31,707 nucleotides of DNA, from UHGV virus genome UHGV-0209292; one strand, 5' to 3'. Every line of letters starts with the position of its first letter. Position 1 is the stretch's first letter. Source of the DNA: a virus. Below the pieces are notes generated by a model that made no database searches, was not told where the DNA came from, and saw only the letters and a list, made by a program, of their open reading frames with translations. Positions 15,226 to 24,388 of the stretch are shown in pieces. A program made the position numbers and the translations under genes.

Positions 15226-17676
15226 TCATTCGTCATGGCGCATACTTGAGCGCTGGCGTGCTCTTTCTTCCCGGTCGAGTTTTTCGACTGCTTCCCGGAG
15301 CTGCCGGTCGAGGTCAGTTCCCGGCGCAACGCCACCCGACAGATTAATGTTGTATTCACGCTTGCTCTGGTCGACATAGGACCGGCCAGCAGGCGCCGTC
15401 ACTGGCTGGTACATCTGATAACCGCCATAAACGGACGTCTGCGGAATATAAGACCCGTTTTGCGCACCGGCTGCGGCACTGGCTTTAGCGGCAGTCTGGT
15501 CGAGGCCGTCCGACTCTTTTTTGATGACCCCGAGCTTTTCCAGCAGCCAGTCGACGCCACTGCGTAACTTATTGAATGAACGGAGCGGCAGCATCAGTGC
15601 ATCAGCCAGTGTTTTGCCGACCACCACACCGACATTTTTGAAACGATCGAGCGTTTCCTGTGTCGCCTTAACCGGTGCTATCAGGTCAGTGAACCACTGC
15701 CAGACCCCGCGCAATTTCTCGATGATGGAATCAAACACCGGCGTCAGCGGCGAGAAGATTTCCGCCACCGGCGCAAATGCCGCTTTAAGCCCCTCCACCA
15801 CGCCCGAAAAGAATGCGCTGATGGGCTCCCAGTATTTACGAATCAGGAGCGCCCCGGCCACCACCGCACCGGCGACCGCGACCACCGGCAGACTGATTGC
15901 ACCGACAGCAGTCACTATTGCGCCACCGGCAACGGTAAAGACCGTTCCCAGCAGACCAGCGGCGGCGATAATGGCATTAATCCCCATCACCACCGGCCAC
16001 GCAATCAGGCCAATCCCGCCAATCACACCAATCAGCGCCAGTGCGCCACCGGCTACAACACCGATAGTGGTCGCCAGTGATTTATTGCGGGTGATCCAGC
16101 CATCGAGTTTCAGAACATATCGTGTGGCCGTCTGCGTCAGTTTACGCAGAGCGTCGTTTTGCTGGTCAAACAGGTCAGTTCCCACGGCCTCATAAGCAGA
16201 CTGAAACTCTTTAAAGTCGCCGCCGAGATTGTCCTGCATGATTTTGACCAGCTCCTCGGTTTTACCGTCCGAGGCTTTAAACGCTGCGGTGAGTTTGTCG
16301 AGCTTGCCGGTCGACGCTGCGGTCATCAGCACCGCCGCCGCCGAGCTGGCCTCTTCACCGAAGATGGTTTTCATATACTCGCCGCGCTGGCTGGTACCGA
16401 GATTGTTTTTCTCAAAACTGCGCTGCATTTCCTTCAGGATGGAAAATATCGGGCGTGTGTTTCCTCTGGCATCAGAGGTTTTGACACCGAGCTCTTTGAT
16501 AGCCTCAAAGGCTTTACCGGTCGGAGCCTGTAGGCGGCTCAGGATTGCACGGCTACCCGTTCCCGCCATCGAGCCGGTAATTTTCGCATCGTGCAACGCA
16601 CCGACCATCGCGGCGGTTTGCTCGATACTGACCCCGGCATTTTTAGCCACCGGCGCGGCATAGGTCAGCGCATCACTCAGCCCGTCAAAGTCGGCGGCGG
16701 TTTTGTTCATCGTCATCGACAGCACGTCGCCAATGTGTGCGATCTGGTCGTTGGAAAGCTGGAACGCAGATTTCATCCCTGTCAGCAGGGCGGCGTTTTC
16801 CTCCATTGAGCGCTGATTCGACAGCGCCATATTCAGCGTGACCGGCGTTGCCGCCTGAATGGCATCAGCATCCCCGCCACTTTTGGCGATGATGATTTGT
16901 GCACTCGCTGCGTCGTCCGCAGATGCGGCGGTATTGTCACCGAGCTGTCTGGCCTGTTTGCGTAACGCCTCCATTTCGGGCGACTGTTTGTCGACTCCGA
17001 GCACGGCTTGCAGCTCAGAGTTTTTCTGTGCAAACGAATAGCCAGGCATCAGCAGTTTTACACCGGCCATGGTGCCAGCCGTGGCTATACCTGTACCCGC
17101 CGCGCCAGCCGCCGCCATGCTACCGGCCATATTCTTTCCGGCCTGATAGCGCTCCTTAACCCGGCTCAGCTTCGCCTGTTGCTGACTGACCCGCGCCAGC
17201 GCCTCACGTTGCCGGTTAAGCTGGGCGGTCGTCTCGCTGATGCTGGTTTTAAGGCGACGCTCGTCAGCCGACAGCGTGCGGGTGTTTATCCCGGCCTGTG
17301 CAAGCTCGGTGCGCTGGCGCTGTACCGACTGCCTGATCCCGTTATATTTGAGTTGCAGGTCAGCGGCGGATTTTTTTGCCGCCTCCATCGCGCGCGCCTG
17401 CGCTTTGGTGGGGTTTTCCGTGTTTTTAAACTGGACGGCCAGCGCTGCGGCCTCCTGTTTCGCTTTGTTAAGCGACTGACCGGTCACGGCAAGCTGCGCG
17501 CTCGCTTTCCTGAATCCGTCGATTCGGGACGCCTGCGCGTTAAGGTCGCGCAGGGTCGTCTGTGAGTTGCGGATATCGCCAGCGAGGGATTTGCTGGCGT
17601 TCTGGATAGCTTTTAGCGGTCGGCTTGCCCGGTCTACTGCGTTAAGCAGTACCTCGATTCTGACGTTATTGCTCAT
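15226..17676 (-). CDS. T: Tail tape measure protein gpT
   Basis: 816 aa, Ala/Gln-rich with coiled-coil N-terminal and glycine/hydrophobic-rich central segments typical of tape measure proteins. It follows E/E'. Confidence 0.9.
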   Translation of the reverse strand: MSNNVRIEVLLNAVDRASRPLKAIQNASKSLAGDIRNSQTTLRDLNAQASRIDGFRKASAQLAVTGQSLNKAKQEAAALAVQFKNTENPTKAQARAMEAAKKSAADLQLKYNGIRQSVQRQRTELAQAGINTRTLSADERRLKTSISETTAQLNRQREALARVSQQQAKLSRVKERYQAGKNMAGSMAAAGAAGTGIATAGTMAGVKLLMPGYSFAQKNSELQAVLGVDKQSPEMEALRKQARQLGDNTAASADDAASAQIIIAKSGGDADAIQAATPVTLNMALSNQRSMEENAALLTGMKSAFQLSNDQIAHIGDVLSMTMNKTAADFDGLSDALTYAAPVAKNAGVSIEQTAAMVGALHDAKITGSMAGTGSRAILSRLQAPTGKAFEAIKELGVKTSDARGNTRPIFSILKEMQRSFEKNNLGTSQRGEYMKTIFGEEASSAAAVLMTAASTGKLDKLTAAFKASDGKTEELVKIMQDNLGGDFKEFQSAYEAVGTDLFDQQNDALRKLTQTATRYVLKLDGWITRNKSLATTIGVVAGGALALIGVIGGIGLIAWPVVMGINAIIAAAGLLGTVFTVAGGAIVTAVGAISLPVVAVAGAVVAGALLIRKYWEPISAFFSGVVEGLKAAFAPVAEIFSPLTPVFDSIIEKLRGVWQWFTDLIAPVKATQETLDRFKNVGVVVGKTLADALMLPLRSFNKLRSGVDWLLEKLGVIKKESDGLDQTAAKASAAAGAQNGSYIPQTSVYGGYQMYQPVTAPAGRSYVDQSKREYNINLSGGVAPGTDLDRQLREAVEKLDREERARQRSSMRHDE

Positions 17677-18144
17677 AGTGGTTTCCGCTTCGCTGTAGCG
17701 CCTTGTCGCGCCATGTGAGGAGCTCGGTCACGCTCAGGGAATACAGCTCTGATGGCGGCCAGTGAAAAATCACCGCGATATCCGCCATCAGGTCATCGAC
17801 AGAAAGTTTTGCGGGGAACTTCAGCGAGCCGAAGATGGCGACAAAAAACCAATCACCTCAGCGGCGAACTGCATCAGGTCTGAGGCATCGAGACGGGCAA
17901 TTTCATGCTCGGTGAGTGCCGGGTAAGTCATACGCGGCAGCACCTTAATCAGCGCGTCAACGTCAGAGTTTGCCAGCGAGGCCAGCGACACCCCGCGCAG
18001 GGTTCCCGCGTTAGGTTTTGAAATCTTCACCTCTCCGATTTTTTGCTCACCGCGCATGAGGGGGTTATCGAGGATCACGACGTGTGGCTTTTTGGTTTCG
18101 GTGACTTCAATTTCTGTAACGCCGGTTTCGATGTTGTTTTCCAT
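17666..18144 (-). CDS. E': gpE+E' (-1 programmed frameshift product of E; tail assembly chaperone)
   Basis: Slippery GGTTTTTTG near the 3' end of E. The -1 frame continues as FFVAIFGSLKFPAKLSVDDLMADIAVIFHWPPSELYSLSVTELLTWRDKALQRSGNHYEQ*. It matches the P2 E' tail as I recall it (...ADIAVIFHWPPSELY...LTELITWREKAL...) and ends overlapping the T start, as in P2. Confidence 0.6.
17821..18144 (-). CDS. E: Tail protein gpE (chaperone, in-frame product)
   Basis: 107 aa between FII and T, with P2 gpE-like size and position. Confidence 0.85.
   Translation of the reverse strand: MENNIETGVTEIEVTETKKPHVVILDNPLMRGEQKIGEVKISKPNAGTLRGVSLASLANSDVDALIKVLPRMTYPALTEHEIARLDASDLMQFAAEVIGFLSPSSAR
17842..17850 (-). 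other. Programmed -1 frameshift slippery site GGTTTTTTG (E to E')
   Basis: T-TTT-TTG heptamer in the E frame (GGT TTT TTG). This is the conserved P2-family E/E' shift site. Confidence 0.6.
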
Positions 18145-18201
18145 GATGTTGCTCTCGTCAAAGTTAAGTGACCGGCCAGCCTGACTGACCGGTTAAGAGG
18201 G

Positions 18202-18720
18202 TTACAGGCCAATGGCCTTGCGATGCTCTGCCAGACGGTCGACGCCGTCGACTTTCAGCACCATGTTGATGACGTCAATCTCGATGACCTCCCTGCCGTC
18301 AATCGTGAGCTGGTAGTACGCGCATTCGGTCGAGATTTTGGTCGTGCCGCTTTCGCCCTGTTTGTTTTCGCCGCCGTCGTACTCCTTGTGACGGCCACGC
18401 ATGACCACCTCAACGGCAGAAATCGCGCCGGTGTCATCGCGCTGGTATGAGCCGGTAAAGCGTAACGGTACGCTGTCCGCGCCCGGTGAGGCGTACTGCG
18501 CCCACAGCTCGACGTCAGGCAGACCGCCGAGCGTCCACTCGCACGACAGCGCATCGTCATCGAGACCGAGGTCAATCGACACCGAGCCCGGCATCCCGCC
18601 GCCGCGGTATTTCTCAAGCTTACGGGTCAGCTTTGGCAGGGTGACGGATTCAACAACGCCCATGTAGCTCAGGCCATCGTTGAACATGTTCAGGTATTTC
18701 AGTTTGCGTGGTAATGCCAT
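18202..18720 (-). CDS. FII: Tail tube protein gpFII
   Basis: 172 aa directly downstream of the sheath gene. P2 FII is 172 aa. Confidence 0.9.
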   Translation of the reverse strand: MALPRKLKYLNMFNDGLSYMGVVESVTLPKLTRKLEKYRGGGMPGSVSIDLGLDDDALSCEWTLGGLPDVELWAQYASPGADSVPLRFTGSYQRDDTGAISAVEVVMRGRHKEYDGGENKQGESGTTKISTECAYYQLTIDGREVIEIDVINMVLKVDGVDRLAEHRKAIGL

Positions 18721-18732
18721 GCTCAGAGCTCC

Positions 18733-19926
18733 TTAGCTGTTGACCGACTCTGACAGGTTCGCCAGATAGGTATCAGTGATGCGCTGGCGCAGGGTCAGGT
18801 TTTCCAGCGGCGGGACGGGGGTGTAGTCGTAATCGATATACAGTTTCCCCACCTTGAGCGTTTCCACGCTGTTTGACTCCGGGTCGTACCAGCAGGAGCC
18901 GTCAACGATATAGCCGTTGTTTTTCAGCTCGCGGAATTTCGCATTGATACCGGCGACGATGTCGCGGATAAGCGTTGCGGTGACGGGTTTATCAATCGCC
19001 CAGGCGTGCGCCTCCGCCATCGTGTCGGCCAGCACCTGCGCCGTGCGGGTGTAGTTTTCAAAGAGGAATAACGGATCGTCGGAGCAGGTACGGTTGCCCC
19101 AGAATTTAAAGCCGTCGTTACGGATTAGCGTGGTGACACCGGCCTGATTTAACAGGTTCGCGTCGGTGGCCTTCTCCTGCAAGTCCCACGAGACCGAGGC
19201 ACTGACGCCGGTGACGCCATTCACGCCGACGTTAGAGAGCGTTTTGTGCCAGCCCGTCTCCTGGTCGATTTTGGCACGCAGGCCGAGCGCGCGGGCGGTC
19301 GCCCATGCAATATCGGTCTGATTCGCCGTGGTGTCCCACGCCAGAAAATCAGGGTGAATGACCATCAGCTCACGCTGGCTGAAATTCTCACGGTAGGCGA
19401 TAGCTTCGGAAATGGTCTTGCAGCCCCACGCGCTGATATAGCCAAACGCGCGCAGGCTCTGACAGGTCGCCGCGAGCGCGGTCGCCACTTCCAGAGAATC
19501 CAGCCCCGGCACGCCGAGAATGCGCGGCTTAACGCCGGTGACAGTTTTGGCGGTCAACAGCGCTTTAAGACCGGTGTATTTGCCGTTTTCGTCGGTCGTG
19601 CCGATGATGTTGGAAATGGTTTCTTTCTGCGCCGCTTCCGGGTCGTCCGGGTCTTCAATACCTTCGGCAACGCGCACAACCACAACGACCGGCTTGCACT
19701 GGTCGGCAATGGCTTGCAGGGATTTTGACAGGGTGCCGAGCTTACCGGCTTTACCGATAGCGTTCTGCACGCTGGTAATCAGCACCGGCTCATTAAGCGG
19801 GAATGTTGAATCGTCAGCATCGCTGGCGGTGCAGACCATGCCGATGATGGCCGTCGAAACGGTGGAAATGGTGCGTGTGCCATCGTTAATCTCGATGACC
19901 TCGACGCCGTGATGATAGTCGCTCAT
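18733..19926 (-). CDS. FI: Contractile tail sheath protein gpFI
   Basis: 397 aa from [38 protein letters not shown]..., which is co-linear with P2 FI ([38 protein letters not shown]...). The ORF-track extension to 20016 is an upstream open frame, not the start. Confidence 0.9.
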   Translation of the reverse strand: [397 protein letters not shown]

Positions 19927-20058
19927 CCGTTTAACTCCGTGGTTAAGGGGTGCAACTATTTTCTGTTGTGCATGAGGTGTGCGAAACGTAATGCCGTTGG
20001 AGGAGTGACAGCACAACGGGCAGCGAGCGGTCGGGGCGTGCGGGAAAGATTATTGATC

Positions 20059-20098
20059 GTTATCAGCGATCAATCACGGTTAATTGATCGCTGATAAC
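20059..20098. repeat. 16-bp perfect inverted repeat GTTATCAGCGATCAAT / ATTGATCGCTGATAAC with an 8-bp spacer (CACGGTTA), carrying GATC sites; flanked by further sub-palindromes
   Basis: Seen directly between the FI start and the small + strand gene. Each arm contains GATC, and the left arm is itself a palindrome (ATTGATCG..CGATCAAT). Confidence 0.6.
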
Positions 20099-20154
20099 CA
20101 TTATCAATTAAGGGGTATTGTCGCTATCGTTTCGCCATTAACGAGGAAGCGATA

Positions 20155-20277
20155 ATGACGATTTTACTCTGGGTTGTTGGTGGTCTGGTTGCATGGTGGC
20201 TCTTTGGCTTTTGCTGGCTCAGACTGTTTGTCGGTGATGAAACAGAAAAAGACTATGAAGAATGCCCCTATGATTAA
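20155..20277 (+). CDS. Small hydrophobic peptide, 40 aa (MTILLWVVGGLVAWWLFGFCWLRLFVGDETEKDYEECPYD), a moron at the G/FI (Z/fun) position
   Basis: GAGG SD 8 nt upstream of the ATG. A single TM helix followed by an acidic tail. Immediately followed by a canonical rho-independent terminator. Opposite strand to the flanking tail genes. Confidence 0.5.
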   Translation: MTILLWVVGGLVAWWLFGFCWLRLFVGDETEKDYEECPYD

Positions 20278-20300
20278 ACCCGCTTTACGCGGGTTTTTTA
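20276..20300 (+). terminator. Rho-independent terminator CCCGC-TTTAC-GCGGG followed by TTTTTT
   Basis: Stem, loop and a 6-T run overlapping the stop of the 40-aa ORF. Confidence 0.7.
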
Positions 20301-20316
20301 TTTCTATCAAATTTCA

Positions 20317-20889
20317 TCACACCGGGAGCGGAGGCCATTCAATTTCTGGTGCATCGGCTGGTGTTACCCGGCTGAGGTAAACACGGTATTTTTTCCACAC
20401 AGTTAACATGCTGACCTCGTTCTCAGTAGCTTCACCCAAATCTACGGCATCCTGTAACGTTTCGATGCTGAGTGTAGCTTCCTGCATCAGCCGCTTTTTC
20501 TCACTTTCTGCGAACGACACCGCTGCGGCGCGTTCTGCCTCCGTGTCTTTTTCCCATCCTTCACCATTCCATCGCATAAAGTTTCCCTCAGGGGCGACTG
20601 TCGTTATATCTGCTGGCAATGCACCTGGCTCAGTAAGAATTACGCGCTCGCCTGTTTCTTTGCTGTATAGCGTTTGATTTCGATAGTCCTCGACCAGATC
20701 CCACGCAGCCCCGTTGAATACGGCGACTTTTCCTTCTGGCACGTCGGGCGGGGCAATGTTCGTGCAGTCTGCCGGGAGACCAGTATTAGCCGGTATATAA
20801 GCATCCCCCGCGCCAATAAACTCTCGGGTGTCTGCGCGGAGGTTGTAAATTCGGATAGTGCGGTCTTTACCAGAAAATTTAAAAGCCAT
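20317..20889 (-). CDS. G: Tail fiber assembly chaperone gpG
   Basis: 190 aa. Its ATG overlaps the stop of H. P2 gpG-like size and position. Confidence 0.85.
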   Translation of the reverse strand: MAFKFSGKDRTIRIYNLRADTREFIGAGDAYIPANTGLPADCTNIAPPDVPEGKVAVFNGAAWDLVEDYRNQTLYSKETGERVILTEPGALPADITTVAPEGNFMRWNGEGWEKDTEAERAAAVSFAESEKKRLMQEATLSIETLQDAVDLGEATENEVSMLTVWKKYRVYLSRVTPADAPEIEWPPLPV

Positions 20890-22940
20890 TATGCAAGCCT
20901 CACAATGTAGTTATAAGCAATATTTTTAACGGTGTTCTCTGCGTTACCGGCAGCGGCAACGGTAATGGTGTGGGTATGCGACCCCATAACAACCGAGTGT
21001 GTGTGCGACCCTACGGCCACCGTATGCGTATGAGCCCCTACGGCTACCGTATGCGCATGCGCGCCAGCGCTGGCCGCAGTACCCGTTACGCTGTGTGTGT
21101 GTGCCCCGGCATTTACGGTATAAGATGACGTATCAACAAAGCCGGCTTTATTAAAGACGTTACGGTCGATATAAACGCCATTCCCGCCCCCACCATCACG
21201 CCATGCTCTCTGGGCGTGACTGTGGTCGCCAGCACTTGCAGCAGTACCGGAAACGCTGTGCGTATGTGCACCGGTGCTGTTTGATGTTTTAGTCCCGTAG
21301 TCAAAGGCGCTGGTCGTTTTCGTCCCGTAATCGAATGCGCTGGTATTTTTCGTCCCGAGATCGGTTGATGAAGCTGATGCCCCGTGATTGTGCGACTTAA
21401 TGCCGTCCTGTTCCTGTGACAGCACTGCACGACCGCTTGCAGGCTTCCCTTTAATCGTCCATCCGCGCATATCGGGGATTACGCCTGACGGATATGCTGC
21501 CGCCAGAAGGGGATAAGCCGCTTTATCGAAGGTTTGCCCCGCCATAATGGCATAACCGAACGGTGCCACATCGGACGGCCACGGAATAGGGGCACCAACA
21601 GGAAACGCATCAACAGGCGTCCACGCAGTCCAGGCACCAGTTGAATACTGGCTCCGGGTATAACTTCTGGAACTGTTATAAACCCTGTAAACCTGCGTTA
21701 CTCCGGCATTTTTATAAACAACCAGCGTGCCGGCGTTATTTTCAGGATAGTGCCTTGCGGCTGAGGTATTGGCGTTCGCTGGCTGGTAATAAATTCCCGG
21801 CGTTTTCAGCGTATCCAAATCCTCTGTCGAAAGCCCGATAGCCTGGCCGTTGAAAATATCCTGAGAGGTTACGTTTATATCAGCTGTCAGCTCACGACCA
21901 TTGACCTTACGACGGGTCGGCACGCGCCCGTTAGCGTTGTCATTGGCTGCCTTAACCGCTTTCGGTGTGGCCGCCAGCACCTCTGACGTACTGTCGGTCG
22001 CACTGCTGAGCTGTACGATCCCTTTTCGCGCCGTGGTGGCGTCCTGAGCTGTGTATTTACCGTTCGCAAGGTCGTATGCCGCCTTAACTGCTTTCGGCGT
22101 CGCCGCCAGCGTCTCAGACGTGCTGTTAGTAGCGCTACTGAGCTGGACGATGCCCTTTTGCGCCGCGGTGGCGTCCTGAGCTGTGTATTTCCCTTTCGCA
22201 AGGTCATACGCCGCCTTAACCGCTTTCGGCGTTGCTGCGACGCTCTCAGACGTGCTGTCGGTCGCGCTGCTGAGCTGGACGATGCCCTTTTGCGTCGTGG
22301 TGGCGTCCTGAGCCGTATATTTCCCTTTCGCAAGGTCATACGCCGCTTTAACCGCTTTCGGCGTCGCTGCGACGCTCTCAGACGCGCTGTCGGTCGCACT
22401 GCTTAGCTGAGTGAAACCCTTAGCGGTGAGCGTGGCGTCAGGATGGCGACGGGACTGCTCATGCTCAGCGAGCCTGTCATCAACGTAGTCCTGCGTTGCC
22501 ATCACCGTTGAGGTATCAATCGTCAGCTCGACTGACTCGATGTCGCTCACCATAATGACCATGCGCACGGTCTGCGCGCGGCCAGAGCCCTCCGCCAGCG
22601 CTGGCTTGTAGCTCTCAGCCATATTGCCGACCGCAATCAGCGTGCCGGTGTCATCATAGAGCCCGAGCTCGCGCATCCAGAAACCGCCGGTCTCAGGTGG
22701 GATGAGCAGCTCCGCCACGACATAATTTTTGTGCTTATTGTCCTGGCTGATTTTGTTCAGCGCATGACGCCAGACCTCTTTGACCAGCTTTGTCTGGTTC
22801 GGGTCAGGCACCGGCAGCGTACCGCCACCGTCACCGACGGCCATCGCCGTAAAATTCACCATTTTCCCGTTCGGGACGGTCGCTGCCGCGAGTTTTTCGG
22901 CACCGGCTCGGGTGATGACCGTTTTATATTTCACTGTCAT
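20889..22940 (-). CDS. H: Tail fiber protein gpH with four tandem 40-aa fiber repeats and a His-rich (GAHTHSV) distal tip
   Basis: 683 aa. The N-terminus is baseplate-attachment-like. Residues about 169-337 are four tandem copies of [40 protein letters not shown]. The C-terminus has repeated G(A/S)HTH(S/T)V motifs. Confidence 0.9.
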   Translation of the reverse strand: MTVKYKTVITRAGAEKLAAATVPNGKMVNFTAMAVGDGGGTLPVPDPNQTKLVKEVWRHALNKISQDNKHKNYVVAELLIPPETGGFWMRELGLYDDTGTLIAVGNMAESYKPALAEGSGRAQTVRMVIMVSDIESVELTIDTSTVMATQDYVDDRLAEHEQSRRHPDATLTAKGFTQLSSATDSASESVAATPKAVKAAYDLAKGKYTAQDATTTQKGIVQLSSATDSTSESVAATPKAVKAAYDLAKGKYTAQDATAAQKGIVQLSSATNSTSETLAATPKAVKAAYDLANGKYTAQDATTARKGIVQLSSATDSTSEVLAATPKAVKAANDNANGRVPTRRKVNGRELTADINVTSQDIFNGQAIGLSTEDLDTLKTPGIYYQPANANTSAARHYPENNAGTLVVYKNAGVTQVYRVYNSSRSYTRSQYSTGAWTAWTPVDAFPVGAPIPWPSDVAPFGYAIMAGQTFDKAAYPLLAAAYPSGVIPDMRGWTIKGKPASGRAVLSQEQDGIKSHNHGASASSTDLGTKNTSAFDYGTKTTSAFDYGTKTSNSTGAHTHSVSGTAASAGDHSHAQRAWRDGGGGNGVYIDRNVFNKAGFVDTSSYTVNAGAHTHSVTGTAASAGAHAHTVAVGAHTHTVAVGSHTHSVVMGSHTHTITVAAAGNAENTVKNIAYNYIVRLA
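21930..22436 (-). repeat. Tandem nucleotide repeats of about 120 bp (x4) inside gpH, encoding phage tail-fibre repeat units
   Basis: Near-identical DNA blocks are visible, e.g. repeated ...ACCGCTTTCGGCGTCGC(C/T)GC(C/G)A... segments. They generate the spurious R-rich ORF 21887-22399 in another frame. Confidence 0.8.
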
Positions 22941-22951
22941 TGTGCTCTCAC

Positions 22952-23485
22952 TTATCCGGGATAAACCGTGATGATGTCGCCGTCATAGCTCAGGGCGCCG
23001 GTGTACAGATAGCCGGGAATGTCCTGAATAATATTGAGTCCGATAAGATGGCGACTGGCTGGCTTTGCATCGGCAATAAGCCGCTCCATTTCGTAATACA
23101 TTTCCTCGGTGATGCCGGTTTCTAACACACCGATATCGAGGCGAAACGTTCCGGGCGGGTCGTTTGTCTGCCACCACTCAGACACGTTTATCAGGTAGCC
23201 GAGCGGCTCCACCACGCGGCGCACTGCCCCAATCGTTCCTTTGTGTGCGTGGATATACCAGGCATTGCGGATCACATCCCGTTTAGTGGCCTCCGGCCAG
23301 TTCTCATCCCAGCGGTCAACGGAAAACGCCCACGCCAGCCACGGCAGGAGGTTTGCCGGGCAGTCGTCCGGGCTCCAGAGTCGGCGCAGGGGGACAGGGG
23401 TATTCTCGATTTCAGCGCAGGCGCGCGCCGCCGCCACCTCAAGCGACGAGGAGCCCACCGGCAACAGTCGGGTGTCATTCATCAT
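22952..23485 (-). CDS. I: Baseplate protein gpI
   Basis: 177 aa, co-linear with P2 gpI (...[20 protein letters not shown]...[28 protein letters not shown]...). Confidence 0.9.
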   Translation of the reverse strand: MMNDTRLLPVGSSSLEVAAARACAEIENTPVPLRRLWSPDDCPANLLPWLAWAFSVDRWDENWPEATKRDVIRNAWYIHAHKGTIGAVRRVVEPLGYLINVSEWWQTNDPPGTFRLDIGVLETGITEEMYYEMERLIADAKPASRHLIGLNIIQDIPGYLYTGALSYDGDIITVYPG

Positions 23486-24383
23486 TGCCCCCTATGGTGA
23501 CGCTGTACTCGCTGCACCATGACGCCTGCGTGTCATCGAGCACAATGTCGGCCACCGGCGCGGCCAGCTCGACACGCTGCACGCCCTCGACGTGGAGTGC
23601 CGCATAGATGGCGGATTTACGGATATCTCGCCCGAGCCGGTGTTGCGCGTTGATATACGCCTGTAACTTTGCTTTTGCCGCACTGAGCACTGGTTCACTT
23701 TCGGGACCGGGATAAAGGTAAAGTGATGCGGTGATTTTGTAGTCGACGATTTTCGCTGACTGCACGGTCACGCGGTCGGCTACCGGCCTGACATCTTCGT
23801 CATTTAGCGCATTGCGCACGATGGCGAGCAGTTCGTCAGAGGCCACGCCGTTATTTTCACGCGACAGCACAGACACGGTCACACACGCAGGCTCGGGACT
23901 GATGACGGAAATATCCGCGACACGCCCGTCGGCGCTGCGGCCATGAAACTGATATGCACCGGTTGAGCCTGCGGTACTCAGTCCCTCAAAAGCCTGTTGA
24001 ATCCGCAGACGGTAGTCGGTATTCGACTCCATTACGGCTGGCGTGGGCGGAAACGTCGTGTCGTCTGCCGGGGTGATGACGAGGCGCTCGACGTTATAAT
24101 TTCCGCCTATCTGGTCAAGGTCGGCATCTTCTGCATACGCCAGCATGACCGCACGCGCGGCCTCGTTGACGCGCTGTCGCCAGATAACTTCCCGATAGGC
24201 GTTTTCCTCCAGCAGCTTAACAATCGGCTCTGATTCGAGCGTCAGCGTGCGCGCCACTGCCTCCTGTTGTTCCTCCGGGTATAACGAGACGAGCGTCGCC
24301 TTGCGCTCCGCGAGGATGGTCTCATAGTCCAGCACTTCCACGACATCAGGCGCGGCGAGCTGGTTAAGGTCAACAATTGCCAT
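23475..24383 (-). CDS. J: Baseplate wedge protein gpJ
   Basis: 302 aa, the same as P2 gpJ, positioned between W and I. Confidence 0.9.
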   Translation of the reverse strand: MAIVDLNQLAAPDVVEVLDYETILAERKATLVSLYPEEQQEAVARTLTLESEPIVKLLEENAYREVIWRQRVNEAARAVMLAYAEDADLDQIGGNYNVERLVITPADDTTFPPTPAVMESNTDYRLRIQQAFEGLSTAGSTGAYQFHGRSADGRVADISVISPEPACVTVSVLSRENNGVASDELLAIVRNALNDEDVRPVADRVTVQSAKIVDYKITASLYLYPGPESEPVLSAAKAKLQAYINAQHRLGRDIRKSAIYAALHVEGVQRVELAAPVADIVLDDTQASWCSEYSVTIGGNDE

Positions 24384-24388
24384 AGCGT

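Noticed and set aside
15521-17565. Multiple 120-225-aa + strand ORFs (Ala/Ser/Pro/Arg-rich)
   Set aside because: They are antisense to the tape-measure gene T. GC-rich repetitive coding DNA gives long spurious antisense frames.
18733-20016. 427-aa extent of the sheath ORF with an N-terminal MCCHSSNGITFRTPHAQQKIVAPLNHGVKR extension
   Set aside because: P2 FI begins at MSDYHHG. The extension is upstream in-frame open sequence in the FI leader, not a recognisable sequence. The start is set at 19926.
20174-20380. 68-aa + strand ORF from the supplied track at the G/FI junction
   Set aside because: It has no SD. It reads through a clear intrinsic terminator and into the G coding region. The overlapping 40-aa frame starting at 20155 has an RBS and ends at the terminator, so it is preferred.
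21887-22399. 170-aa Arg-rich ORF on the - strand with internal repeats ([22 protein letters not shown]...)
   Set aside because: It lies entirely inside gpH in a different frame. Its repetitiveness simply mirrors the 120-bp tandem DNA repeats of the tail-fibre gene. Composition is unnatural (R/K low complexity).
22436-22940. Possibility of CRISPR-like or other non-coding repeats in the 21.9-22.4 kb repeat block
   Set aside because: The repeats are about 120 bp, directly adjacent without unique spacers, and stay in frame within gpH. They are protein-coding tandem repeats, not a CRISPR array.
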